Source: an uncultured bacterium
GTDB lineage: Bacteria > Patescibacteriota > Minisyncoccia > Moranbacterales > UBA2206
DNA length: 64,000 bases
Direction of reading: 5' to 3'
Assembly (NCBI GenBank): GCA_903831805.1
Contig: CAIKZD010000017.1
Span: 77,249-141,248, forward strand
This document shows positions 26,650 through 36,279 of this stretch, one piece after another. Each line of letters begins with the position of its first letter. The first letter of the stretch is position 1. The notes beneath the pieces were generated by a model. It ran no database searches. It had not been told where the DNA came from and saw only the letters and a list, made by a program, of their open reading frames with translations. A program made the position numbers and the translations under genes.

Positions 26650-28752
26650 TTAGGATTTTTTCCAATATTGCCCCAACCAGGTGATGCCGGCTGGCAAATG
26701 CTTTATCCAGAAAGGCCAATTATGCTCCCCGGGAAAAGGTATTAAATCGGCTTGGAAATCCTTGTTCTTCAATAGGGTGAGTACGTTATTGCCATCGGCA
26801 AGATCAGCTGAGCGCTTATCCGTTATCATTATCACCCTAGTAGTATTATCTTTCAATGTTGGAATGTAGTCAATCGGAGAATTTTCTTGGACTATTTGTT
26901 TGGAAGTTATAAAGGATTTAGTGAGGGGTGTGATGGGAAGTTCGCCGTAGCCGGAAAGGGAGATGGCATAGCCGAAAACATCCTGATGTTTCAAAGCGAT
27001 ATTCAAAGCGCCGAAACCGCCTTCAGATAGGCCGCCAATCGCTCTATGACCAGCATCTGGAATGGTTGGAAAATTATTATCTACGTAATTAACTACAGTC
27101 TTAGCGATAAAATCTTCATTAGGACCTAGCGCGGAATTGATATATTGCGTATCCACGTTATTACTGCCGTTACCATCCGGGAAGACCGCAATGAATGGTG
27201 CAATGCTCCCATCAGCAATCCTTTGATCCAAAGTTTGTTGTGCGCGTCCATGATACAGCCAGTCAGAGGCTTCTCCCGGCGAGCCATGCAAAAGATAGAG
27301 GACGGGATAGTGTTGGCTTTTATCGTTCGGATCGTACCCCTTGGGCAGATAGAGGAGGACTTCACGTGATTTGCCCGGCGCCATTTGTAAAATCGTCTTC
27401 ACGACCAAAGAGCCTTGTTGCAGCCGGGTTTGACTGGCTGTGTCGGCCGCCAATGCATTTGCTTTTAGTAGATCCGAATCATATTGTTTGCCGAAGGGAT
27501 TGTAATTTGGGAAAAAGCGGATCGTGTCGATCAGTCTGTCCGGCCAAAAAGGAAAGATTCGGATATCGTCCGTAAATTGGTCAGGATTCACTTTATACCA
27601 AATGGTCGCTGCAAAAAAAATACTCACCAGAAAAATGGTTATCCCGAGCATGATTTTGGCCATGCCGCCCAAGATTTTTCTGGACATTGTTTTAGGGCGA
27701 TGGACATTGTCTTTACAGCTAGTCCCAAAAAAGCCAGAAACTCTGCCTGATTTTTCTTGGGAAATCAAGCGATGATATAGGCCAAGACTGACCAAAAACG
27801 GGACAAGATAGTAGATGATCCTGAAAAGGACAGAGGCTGCCACAGCGACAGGCAGCGGGGCGCCCAGGATGTGATAGATAGCTACTTCGGACAGGTCTTG
27901 CACGCCCAGGCCGCCAGGAATGAAAGAGACCAAGCCGGCGATAACTGACAGGAAAAAACCAGCCATGAGCGCCATGAACGAAAATGTAAAGCCGAAAGCC
28001 ATGAAGCAAAATTCGAAAATCAAAAGACACAGCAGCCAATCAGCTAGGAAAGTGGCCAACATCCGGACAAAATCTCCTGGTCGTTTCTTGCTCAAAGCAA
28101 GACCGTTGTCCAAGGCTTGGCTGGTGTTTTTCAAGGATACTTGGATATCAATTTTGATGAGGGCGTGGACTAGCCAAGCTATGCTACTAAAAAGTTTCTG
28201 GCGGATTTTTTTCGAGAACAAGAAAAAAGTGAGGGCCAGGAAGAAAACGGCAAAAATCATGAGGGCCGCTTGGAACGCCGGCGCAAAACGCGCGGCAATC
28301 ATCCCGGTCAAAAGGGCATAGGCGACCGAGAAGGCGGAAAAGAACAGAATGACTAAAAAATTCAAATACGAGAAAAAAAGTGAAGCAGCCATGATGTGGG
28401 AGCCTTTATCTTTTTCGTTCTTGAGTAGCATCACGCGTAAGGAATAGCCGACGGTGCCGCCGAGGGTCAGTAGGTTGTTGAAAGCGATGGTGACTACGCC
28501 GATGATGAACAGTTTTTTCCTTTCTGTCGACAGGCCAAAAAGGATGTTGAGCAGGGTGTAAGCTTCGGCCGCTAAGACTAAGGAAACGCCCGTTGCCAAA
28601 AAGGCGGCGATGGCAAAAAACCAATTGGCTCGCGCCAGAACGGACAGGGATTTATTTTTTTCTAAGAATAAAACTAAGCCGAAAGTCAACAGTAAAAGAC
28701 CAAAAATTATTTTGGGCCAGGGCAGGCGCTTAATGGGAGAGGAATTTTTCAT
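26650..28752 (-). CDS. MprF-type flippase (LPG-synthase TM / UPF0104) domain fused to alpha/beta-hydrolase esterase domain
   Basis: N-terminal ~330 aa polytopic (GG..G..L..NLLTLGGTVGYSLRV); C-terminal HYPVLYLLHGSPGEASDW...GGLSEGGFGALNIALKH putative-esterase family motifs (GxSxG). Confidence 0.7.
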   Translation of the reverse strand: MKNSSPIKRLPWPKIIFGLLLLTFGLVLFLEKNKSLSVLARANWFFAIAAFLATGVSLVLAAEAYTLLNILFGLSTERKKLFIIGVVTIAFNNLLTLGGTVGYSLRVMLLKNEKDKGSHIMAASLFFSYLNFLVILFFSAFSVAYALLTGMIAARFAPAFQAALMIFAVFFLALTFFLFSKKIRQKLFSSIAWLVHALIKIDIQVSLKNTSQALDNGLALSKKRPGDFVRMLATFLADWLLCLLIFEFCFMAFGFTFSFMALMAGFFLSVIAGLVSFIPGGLGVQDLSEVAIYHILGAPLPVAVAASVLFRIIYYLVPFLVSLGLYHRLISQEKSGRVSGFFGTSCKDNVHRPKTMSRKILGGMAKIMLGITIFLVSIFFAATIWYKVNPDQFTDDIRIFPFWPDRLIDTIRFFPNYNPFGKQYDSDLLKANALAADTASQTRLQQGSLVVKTILQMAPGKSREVLLYLPKGYDPNDKSQHYPVLYLLHGSPGEASDWLYHGRAQQTLDQRIADGSIAPFIAVFPDGNGSNNVDTQYINSALGPNEDFIAKTVVNYVDNNFPTIPDAGHRAIGGLSEGGFGALNIALKHQDVFGYAISLSGYGELPITPLTKSFITSKQIVQENSPIDYIPTLKDNTTRVIMITDKRSADLADGNNVLTLLKNKDFQADLIPFPGEHNWPFWIKHLPAGITWLGQYWKKS

Positions 28753-30443
28753 TTGTTATAATTTTTGGAGCGCGTCAACTTAGATAGGGTGAAAGTGGAA
28801 GTAATCAGATTGACCGGACTGCCAGCATAGACTAAAAAGCGATCTTCCCAGATTGGTTGGAATTTCTTCTTGTAATTATATATCCCTTCAAAGGAAAATA
28901 AAATAGATGCATTTTTATAAATTTCTTGTAACGCCTTTTCCTTGAGGCTGTCGGACGGAAAAGTATTTTCTTTAGAAATCGGAGACAGCCCCAAGTCGAA
29001 GGTTTTATAACCTTTGGCAAAAAAATAAAAAAACATTTTGATGAAAAGAAAATCCATCGTGCCGTTCAAGGCGTCCAGCTTATGGCGCATCAGATCGATG
29101 GTCGCTTCGCCAGTCTTCCAAGACGGGATCTCGTTGGCGAAAGCAATAATTTCGCCCTGTGCATCTTCCACCACGAAAATGCGACACTCACTCAGATATT
29201 CTTCATCAAAATAGCCGACGGTAAAATTGCGTTCGTGCCGCCCGGATTTTTTCAGCCATTCATCCGACAGCATTTTCAATTTTTCCAACATTCCCGATGA
29301 ATGGGGTGGTTCTAGGCAAATGAAGCTATAGCCTCGCTTTTCAAATTTGCGCACGATCCGTGAGAAGTCCTTGCTCGGGCCTAATTCTGTTACAAACTTC
29401 GCGAGATCGATGAAAGCTTCCTGGCCGATGCGCAGATAATTGAGCTTGGCCACTTTGCAGATGGCGCAAAACTCGGCGGTAACGCAATAAAAAGCTGGCC
29501 GCCAACCATAATCTCTAGTGTAGTGGATAAATTCTTCCACTGTGGCTAGCGTTTCACTGGTTGGCCCGATCGGGTCGCCCAGGGCCATCGCGACGCCATT
29601 GGCTAATTCAAAGGAGATGAAGCTGGTTTTGTTTTTATTGAAAAAATAATGTTTACTCGGCCATAATTTGAAGTAGTCCAATGATGAGCGGCCGAACTTA
29701 TCTAAAATCTCCGCGGCCGCTTGGCGCTCTAGGCCGTAACGTTGCAACTCATAGATCGGAAGAAAAACGCTGTAGGCCGCTAAGCTGAGCGCCGAGATGC
29801 CCAAGAAACGGAGCAGCTCCAAAAAATGAGTGGCGTAATGGCTGTGCGGCACTAGGTCGCTATTACCTAGTAATAGATATTCTCGCAAGGTGCGCAGGAG
29901 CGCTTCGCTCAAATGAAAATTGATGCCAAATTCTCGTTGGTCCAAAAACCAAAAACCAGCGGTGCCGCATAGCACTGCTAGAAGAAAACTGCCGGCAGCC
30001 AATCTCACTCCTTGAAAAATATTTTCTCTGGCATAGCGCACGGTGAAATATTGTCGATATTCAAAAAGAAGGACCAGAGTCAGAAGCGCGGTCATAAAAT
30101 AAACCGGATGAGCATGCAGGATATCCACTGAGGATATGATTATCAACATGCCTATAATTGCCCACCAAGCCACAATTTTTCTTCGATGAATGTGATAGGA
30201 AAGGTAGATTAAGGTAAAACCGAGTACGACTGTCAAAAGACTGCTCCGATGGAAAAGCCCGAATGGAGTTACCGTCAATAGCAAGGTAGAAAAATTATTG
30301 GAATGAAAAAAGAATTCTTCAAGAAGGGCCAATAGCCCGTTGAAAAAAGTGAGAACAGCAATCAAGTCGACCTGCCAAGGCGTGGAAAAATAGACACACA
30401 GGTTTTTGTGGAAAAAACGATAGAGCTTGGAGAGTTTACCCAT
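28749..30443 (-). CDS. mprF: Aminoacyl-phosphatidylglycerol synthase (MprF synthase domain, DUF2156) with TM anchor
   Basis: N-terminal TM helices, then a C-terminal domain matching the lysyl/alanyl-PG synthase catalytic region; overlaps the downstream flippase gene by 4 nt. Confidence 0.7.
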   Translation of the reverse strand: MGKLSKLYRFFHKNLCVYFSTPWQVDLIAVLTFFNGLLALLEEFFFHSNNFSTLLLTVTPFGLFHRSSLLTVVLGFTLIYLSYHIHRRKIVAWWAIIGMLIIISSVDILHAHPVYFMTALLTLVLLFEYRQYFTVRYARENIFQGVRLAAGSFLLAVLCGTAGFWFLDQREFGINFHLSEALLRTLREYLLLGNSDLVPHSHYATHFLELLRFLGISALSLAAYSVFLPIYELQRYGLERQAAAEILDKFGRSSLDYFKLWPSKHYFFNKNKTSFISFELANGVAMALGDPIGPTSETLATVEEFIHYTRDYGWRPAFYCVTAEFCAICKVAKLNYLRIGQEAFIDLAKFVTELGPSKDFSRIVRKFEKRGYSFICLEPPHSSGMLEKLKMLSDEWLKKSGRHERNFTVGYFDEEYLSECRIFVVEDAQGEIIAFANEIPSWKTGEATIDLMRHKLDALNGTMDFLFIKMFFYFFAKGYKTFDLGLSPISKENTFPSDSLKEKALQEIYKNASILFSFEGIYNYKKKFQPIWEDRFLVYAGSPVNLITSTFTLSKLTRSKNYNK

Positions 30444-30978
30444 GAATTATTTTCTTAAGTTTGTTTTTTATCCGGTGGACAGCCACGCGTAGAGATGTTT
30501 CTGATTTGTGAGTTGTCTTGACCATCTCTTTATAACTCAAGCCCAAGACAAAGCGTAGCGTAAAAAGTTGTTGTTCCTTGGGGTGGAGCTTTTTAACCAG
30601 GCGATAAATTTTTTCTACCATTATTTTTTCACTTAAGTTTTCATTTTCATCAGTGAGCGTCTGAATAGTTTCCAAATCGAAGAAAGAAATGGTTTTCTTC
30701 TCTCGATAATAATCAATCAGGCGATTTTTAGCGATCCGCCAGACCCAAGCGGAAAAATCTCCGGCGCTTTCGTTAAAGTGCTGAATATTTTTTAAGATAC
30801 GCAGAAAAACATCCTGCGTCAAATCTTCCGCTACATCCCTATTCATAACTTTTTTGATAAAATGGCCGAAGAAAAGCGGATTGAAATAGCCAAACATGGC
30901 TGTGGCAGCGTGTGGATTGCCTTTTTGGATGGAAGCTGCCAGCGTATTCAGATAACTTTTTTTTAAAAATTTTGGCAT
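30436..30978 (-). CDS. ECF-subfamily RNA polymerase sigma factor
   Basis: Region 2 (DLTQDVFLRILKNIQHF...AWVWRIAKNRLIDYYR) and region 4 HTH (LSYKEMVKTTHKSETSLRVAVHRIKNKL); 180 aa. Confidence 0.85.
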   Translation of the reverse strand: MPKFLKKSYLNTLAASIQKGNPHAATAMFGYFNPLFFGHFIKKVMNRDVAEDLTQDVFLRILKNIQHFNESAGDFSAWVWRIAKNRLIDYYREKKTISFFDLETIQTLTDENENLSEKIMVEKIYRLVKKLHPKEQQLFTLRFVLGLSYKEMVKTTHKSETSLRVAVHRIKNKLKKIIHG

Positions 30979-30995
30979 ATTATAGTAATATTCCC

Positions 30996-32615
30996 TTAGT
31001 TGTTTAATTTTAAAATAGCCATATTTTTATACAACTTATAATTAAATACAGAACGTCCCAGATGAGTTTCACTCTGAAGCTGTTTGTCCGAGGACGGTTT
31101 CTCAAGGAAGATAACTGGGACATTAGGATTAATATTCTTCTCTTTATATGCTCGGATGATTTCCACGCCAGCCTTGGCCGCTAAATAATAAAAAGGTTTA
31201 TAGTAGCGGGAGAAATAAGCGCTGTCACCATCCAAATAAATCTTTCGAGGCGGTTTAATGCCGCTAATAATATAACTTGTCATATCGTACGCTTCTCTTA
31301 GCGATACTGAACGCGTGTCGCTGTAGGCCATCTTAGTGTAGGCTTGGTAGTTTTGTAAGAGCGTTTGAAATTGTAACAGTATTATCAAGAATGTGGCTAT
31401 TCCCAGGGAAATATATTTAAGTTTACCCTGGTTTTTTTTCCAAAGAAATTCTAGCCATAAGCCGGCAAAAACAAATGGCAAGAAAAAAAGAACAATGTAG
31501 TAGCGGATGGAAGCTTGGTCGATGATTGGCACCATCACTAAAAAGGTTACAGTGGCATAGGCGCAGATTAACATTAAAAAATCTTTTCGTTGTGTGTTGG
31601 TTTCTTGTTTCCAAAAATAAACTAGCAAGCCATAGCCGCCCAAGGTAAAGATTAGACTGCAAAGAATCAGGAGAATCGCGTCTAGCTTGAAAGGTTTATT
31701 TTTCTGAAAAAAACTGTTAACAATATTCCCCGTGTCGCATTTGTCGCCAGTGCCCAAGGAAGTCAGGATGTGTAAATTAGCGGTTGATTGGCAAAAAATT
31801 GCCGCTTCTAAATGTGTCATCAGCTTGCCGCCGCCGGCATTCTGCGAAAAGGCGGCTTTAAATTTATTTGCATTCGAATTGCCATGCGTAAAGTTGTAAA
31901 TAAATTGGCTTGTGTTGGCCAGCAAGACGAAAAATAAAATCACCACACCTTTTTTCAAGAGGATCAGTACTGGCATTTTTTTAACGGCGGCCAAGTAAAG
32001 AAAAGTCAGGACCGTCAGAATCGGCAAAGTAAAAATCAAAATGGCGTGCAATTGAATGCCCACACCGACGGCGATGCCGACTAGAACCGCACTCCACCAT
32101 TTCTCATCGCCGCTTTCCAATAGGGATAAAATGCCCAGAAGAAAAAGTAGGACGAAAAAAGGGATGGAATTAGGATTGAATGCGAAGCGAGCATAAGTAA
32201 TCATGAAATAGGAAAGGCTCAGCAAAAAAGTCAGGAGCAAAGAAAGTTCCTGGGTAAAATATTTTTTGGCGAATAGATACAAAAGTGGAATAGTCAGAAT
32301 GGAAAAGAACAAATCAGGATAGGCTAATTGCCAAGGCGAGGCTCCAAAAATTTTCGCCGACAGGATTTCTAAATGATAGAACCATGGGCCGAGATTGAAA
32401 TGGGTGTTGCCAGCTTCCGGTCCGAGCATGATCCAAGAGCTTTTGCCAGCCAAAACATCGTCCACTAGGGCAGCGTCTCGGGCCTGGTCAGGATTGAAAG
32501 TCAGCCAGTCGCGGAAATGATAGGTGCGCAAAAAGACGCCGAAAAAAATGATCGCCAACAGCATCCATAGATGATATGGGCCGGTTCTAATTTTTTTGAA
32601 AAGAGTATTCCTCAT
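30996..32615 (-). CDS. GT-C family glycosyltransferase (ArnT/PMT-like), paralog
   Basis: 539 aa; same N-terminal architecture as 21771..23429 (LRTYHFRDWLTFNPDQ...NPNSIPFFVLLFLLGI). Confidence 0.7.
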   Translation of the reverse strand: MRNTLFKKIRTGPYHLWMLLAIIFFGVFLRTYHFRDWLTFNPDQARDAALVDDVLAGKSSWIMLGPEAGNTHFNLGPWFYHLEILSAKIFGASPWQLAYPDLFFSILTIPLLYLFAKKYFTQELSLLLTFLLSLSYFMITYARFAFNPNSIPFFVLLFLLGILSLLESGDEKWWSAVLVGIAVGVGIQLHAILIFTLPILTVLTFLYLAAVKKMPVLILLKKGVVILFFVLLANTSQFIYNFTHGNSNANKFKAAFSQNAGGGKLMTHLEAAIFCQSTANLHILTSLGTGDKCDTGNIVNSFFQKNKPFKLDAILLILCSLIFTLGGYGLLVYFWKQETNTQRKDFLMLICAYATVTFLVMVPIIDQASIRYYIVLFFLPFVFAGLWLEFLWKKNQGKLKYISLGIATFLIILLQFQTLLQNYQAYTKMAYSDTRSVSLREAYDMTSYIISGIKPPRKIYLDGDSAYFSRYYKPFYYLAAKAGVEIIRAYKEKNINPNVPVIFLEKPSSDKQLQSETHLGRSVFNYKLYKNMAILKLNN

Positions 32616-32699
32616 TTCTAAATAATCTTATTATTGCGCCGCTAGACAATGCTAGAGTTAATAATAATTTTTATAAATGAAGAAAAAATGAAGGCAAAA

Positions 32700-33722
32700 T
32701 TAGTTGTGGAGTTGGGGAAGAAGGACGATAACTTCCGTACCCACGCCTGGGGTGCTGGTTATTTCCAGTTTCCCGTGGTGTTGAGTGACAATCTTTTTGA
32801 CAATCGATAGTCCCAGGCCAGCGCCGCTATACTCTGCGGAGCGAGCCTGATCGGCTTTATAGAAGGCTTCGGTGATGTGTGGCAGATCTTTTTGAGCGAT
32901 GCCGATGCCAGTATCTTTGATGGACAGTTTCAATTGACTACTACTTGTCTGGACGGAGACATGGATCTTGCCGCCTGCGGGTGTGTAGTCGATGGCATTT
33001 TTCAAAATATTTAAAAACAGCCTTTCGACATCCAGTCGGTTGCCGAGCATGTTGCCGGGTGTGTTTCGAACAAACGATAAGGTGAGATTTTTTCTTTTAG
33101 CCAAGCTTTGGAAAGTGGTGGTCATTTTTTCCACCAGTGTGTCTAGCGAGATTAGCTCAAGGGGTTGTTCTGATGTGTAGTTATGCCTGGAGAGAAAAAG
33201 CAGTTGATCCACCATGGCTGACATCCGATCGATCTCTTCTAAATTACTAAGCATGACTTGGCGGAACTCTTCATTGGTGACGGTTTTCTTTTTGAGGCTC
33301 ACTTCACAGTCTGTTTTCATAATCGCCAGGGGCGTACGCAAATCATGCGAGGCGTCGGCTGTAAAACGTTTTTGTTTTTCCAAAACTTCTTCGATTGGGC
33401 GCAAATTTTTGCCCGCTAGAAAAAACCCTAGTCCACTGAAAAAAAAGAGGATGATCACGTTACCAATAATTAGCACTTCTTTCTCTTGCTCGTCAGCTTC
33501 TTCAATGGCCACTTGTCTGAGGGCATGGCCCCTAAACTTGTCATTGATGGTTTCTTTGATATTTTTGGCCAGACTGATGTACAGACCGAAACTAAAAACA
33601 ATCATGATGAGGGCGATAATGATTAAGTAGAAAGTGGCCAGCTTGAGGCGCGCCCACAGGAAAAGATTATTCCTTGAACCGGTAACCCACGCCGTGAATT
33701 GTTTCAAATAATTTTTTGCCAT
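32700..33722 (-). CDS. Sensor histidine kinase
   Basis: Two TM, H-box RFTADASHDLRTPL, HATPase_c N/G boxes (LKNAIDYTPAGG, GAGLGLSIVK). Confidence 0.9.
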   Translation of the reverse strand: MAKNYLKQFTAWVTGSRNNLFLWARLKLATFYLIIIALIMIVFSFGLYISLAKNIKETINDKFRGHALRQVAIEEADEQEKEVLIIGNVIILFFFSGLGFFLAGKNLRPIEEVLEKQKRFTADASHDLRTPLAIMKTDCEVSLKKKTVTNEEFRQVMLSNLEEIDRMSAMVDQLLFLSRHNYTSEQPLELISLDTLVEKMTTTFQSLAKRKNLTLSFVRNTPGNMLGNRLDVERLFLNILKNAIDYTPAGGKIHVSVQTSSSQLKLSIKDTGIGIAQKDLPHITEAFYKADQARSAEYSGAGLGLSIVKKIVTQHHGKLEITSTPGVGTEVIVLLPQLHN

Positions 33723-34341
33723 CGTTTTTTTGGAATTTATTCCTTAAATTTTTCACATGGACATCCACAATGTTGCTGAAAGAGTCAAAAGAAAAGTCCC
33801 ATAAGCTACTGATGATCTGTTCGCGGGTCAGTACTTGTCCGGGATGGCGCATAAAATATTCCAGCAGGCTGTACTCTTTGAGAGTGAGGGAGATTTCTGT
33901 ATCAAGATAAAAAACTTTTCTGGTGCTGCTGTTTAGGTTGATGTGGTGTCTTGTGAGTTCCATTGGTATAACGACAGCCGGTCTTCTTAATAAGGCCCGA
34001 ATGCGCGCCAGTAATTCTTCGAGCGAAAACGGCTTAATCATATAATCATCCGCGCCGGCGTCCAGCCCGATGATTTTGTCTTCGGTCGTGTCGCGGGCGG
34101 TCAGCATCAGGATCGGCAAGGTAATGCCAAGTTGGCGAATATTTTTACAAACCTCCAGTCCGCTGATTTTGGGGAGCATGACGTCTAAAATAGCCAAGTC
34201 ATAATCTTCGCCGCGGCTTCGCAATCTGGCTTGCCCGGTTTCCCCATCTAGCAAGATATCTACCGCAAACCCTTCGTTTTCCAAGCCATTTTTCAGGCTT
34301 TTCGCTAATTTTTGATTGTCTTCAATGAGGAGTATTTTCAT
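33667..34341 (-). CDS. OmpR-family response regulator
   Basis: Receiver domain (MKILLIEDN...LAILDVMLP...K) plus winged-helix trans_reg_C; overlaps the kinase gene by 56 nt. Confidence 0.9.
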   Translation of the reverse strand: MKILLIEDNQKLAKSLKNGLENEGFAVDILLDGETGQARLRSRGEDYDLAILDVMLPKISGLEVCKNIRQLGITLPILMLTARDTTEDKIIGLDAGADDYMIKPFSLEELLARIRALLRRPAVVIPMELTRHHINLNSSTRKVFYLDTEISLTLKEYSLLEYFMRHPGQVLTREQIISSLWDFSFDSFSNIVDVHVKNLRNKFQKNDGKKLFETIHGVGYRFKE

Positions 34342-34513
34342 AGCTATTATTATATACGCAAGTGAAGGAAAAATGAAGCCAGTGCAACTTTTTTCGGCGC
34401 CGCTGGAAATTCATATTTTCTTCATTTGTGGAAGTTAAACTAAACGGGTAATTTTTTAAAGGGTCGATTGAAATGAAATGGTAATAATTAAAATTAATTA
34501 AATAATAATATTT

Positions 34514-34828
34514 ATGGATAAATTTAAAAATCAGAAAGTGTATAGCATTGTTGCGATCGTAATTGTGCTAATAGGAGTGTTTTATTTTTGGCAACATTCT
34601 TCAACTAAGAACACCGCTGCTAAAAGTAAGACGACGCAAGTCGCTGGCGTCAAAAAAAGTAAGATTGGCAAGAAGAAAACCGCTGGTCAAACTACGCCTG
34701 TGGCGCCAGCTGCCGGTACGACGACTATTCCGGCTGCACCGAGCGCGACTATAAATACGCCTGCTAGTGCAGCTCCTAATGCTACAACTTCCGATACTAC
34801 TGCTCCAGATGCGGCCGTTCAGCAATAA
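34514..34828 (+). CDS. Small membrane-anchored Ala/Thr-rich protein
   Basis: N-terminal TM (IVAIVIVLIGVFYFW) followed by low-complexity T/A/P-rich tail. Confidence 0.4.
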   Translation: MDKFKNQKVYSIVAIVIVLIGVFYFWQHSSTKNTAAKSKTTQVAGVKKSKIGKKKTAGQTTPVAPAAGTTTIPAAPSATINTPASAAPNATTSDTTAPDAAVQQ

Positions 34829-34865
34829 AATAATTTAACTATGGCATCATAAAATATCATAAATT

Positions 34866-36185
34866 ATGAAAAATACTATTCCTGGCCGAGGATCAAATGG
34901 GCGAAATGATCTTGATACAAAAGGATTCAAACAAATGCTCAATAAGGTTCCGGAAATAACGATATTTTTTTGGATTATCAAGGTCTTATGTACGACAGTC
35001 GGTGAGACGGCTTCCGATTTTCTGAATGTCAATATGAATCTCGGCTTGGTGGGCACTTCCATCGCCATGGGCCTCTTGCTGTTAGTAGTCTTCTTCTTCC
35101 AATTCCGGGCTACGAAATATATTCCGGGTCTGTATTGGTTGACAGTGGTGTTGGTGAGCATCTTTGGCACTCTGGTGACGGATATTTTGACGGACAGTAT
35201 CGGCGTGCCACTGGAAGTTAGCACTATCATTTTCAGTACTTTGCTAATTGTGACTTTTGCACTGTGGTACGCCAAAGAAAAAACACTCTCGGTCCATTCA
35301 ATTTTCACGCGACAAAGAGAATTTTTCTATTGGTTGACTGTGCTGGTCACCTTTGCTCTTGGTACGGCCACGGGTGATTTGATGGCAGAGAGTCTGGGCT
35401 TGGGTTATGCTTTGACCGGCCTCATTGTTTGTGCAGTGGTGGCGACTGTGGCGATGGCTTGGCGTTTCAGACTGAACGCCATCTTAGCTTTTTGGCTCAT
35501 CTACATTATGACGCGGCCACTCGGTGCCTCACTGGGAGATTATTTGTCGCAAACTCCCAAATATGGCGGCTTGGGCTTGGGCGCGACCAACACGAGTATC
35601 ATCTTTCTCTTAGCTATTTTGGGTACGGTCATTTTTCTGTCGGTCACTAAGAAAGATTTGATTGCTAAAAAAGTCTCTAAGGAAGAAGTTAGAATGGAAC
35701 CTCAAACTGCTTTTTGGCAAGTAGCCGTGACAATGATGGTGCTACTGCTGGCGGCCGGTACGGGATATCATTGGCGCCACGGCGTACTGCAAGCAGAAGC
35801 GAAAGGTAATGTTGCACAAGACTCATCGCAAAGTGCTTCAGCTGACGCGGCTACTCCTTCTACTGCTACTAATACGGCGCCGGATATGGCTAATAACCAA
35901 GCTCCTAAGGCTTCACCGCTCGGGAACGTTTCTAATTTCCAAAAAATTACCCAGGACACACTGGATATGGTGAATGCGGGCAATTTGTCCGGGGCTAAAA
36001 CACGCGTAGATGATTTGGAATATGAATGGGATAACGCGCAGTCTCGGCTCAAGCCGATGAACGGCGCTAAGTGGACTGAAGTTGACGACGCCGTGGATAA
36101 AGTTTTGCGACAATTACGCGCGGTGCATCAAGACGCCGGTGGCTGTAAATCTTCACTGGAAGCCTTATTAGCCACGCTCAATTAA
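34866..36185 (+). CDS. Polytopic membrane protein (DUF347/COG4705-like) with C-terminal soluble domain
   Basis: Repeated TM pairs with GET..D-like motifs (TTVGETASDFL; TATGDLMAESLG; GASLGDYLSQ). Confidence 0.5.
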   Translation: MKNTIPGRGSNGRNDLDTKGFKQMLNKVPEITIFFWIIKVLCTTVGETASDFLNVNMNLGLVGTSIAMGLLLLVVFFFQFRATKYIPGLYWLTVVLVSIFGTLVTDILTDSIGVPLEVSTIIFSTLLIVTFALWYAKEKTLSVHSIFTRQREFFYWLTVLVTFALGTATGDLMAESLGLGYALTGLIVCAVVATVAMAWRFRLNAILAFWLIYIMTRPLGASLGDYLSQTPKYGGLGLGATNTSIIFLLAILGTVIFLSVTKKDLIAKKVSKEEVRMEPQTAFWQVAVTMMVLLLAAGTGYHWRHGVLQAEAKGNVAQDSSQSASADAATPSTATNTAPDMANNQAPKASPLGNVSNFQKITQDTLDMVNAGNLSGAKTRVDDLEYEWDNAQSRLKPMNGAKWTEVDDAVDKVLRQLRAVHQDAGGCKSSLEALLATLN

Positions 36186-36210
36186 ATTATGGCCTTTTAT
36201 TATGGCTATT

Positions 36211-36247
36211 AAAAAAATCACACTGCTAAGTGTGATTTTTTTGGAGC
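36211..36247. terminator. Bidirectional terminator between convergent genes
   Basis: aaaaaaatcacact gcta agtgtgattttttt. Confidence 0.65.
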
Positions 36248-36279
36248 CAAGGGCATTTTGGGGAAGATCAAATAATTCT

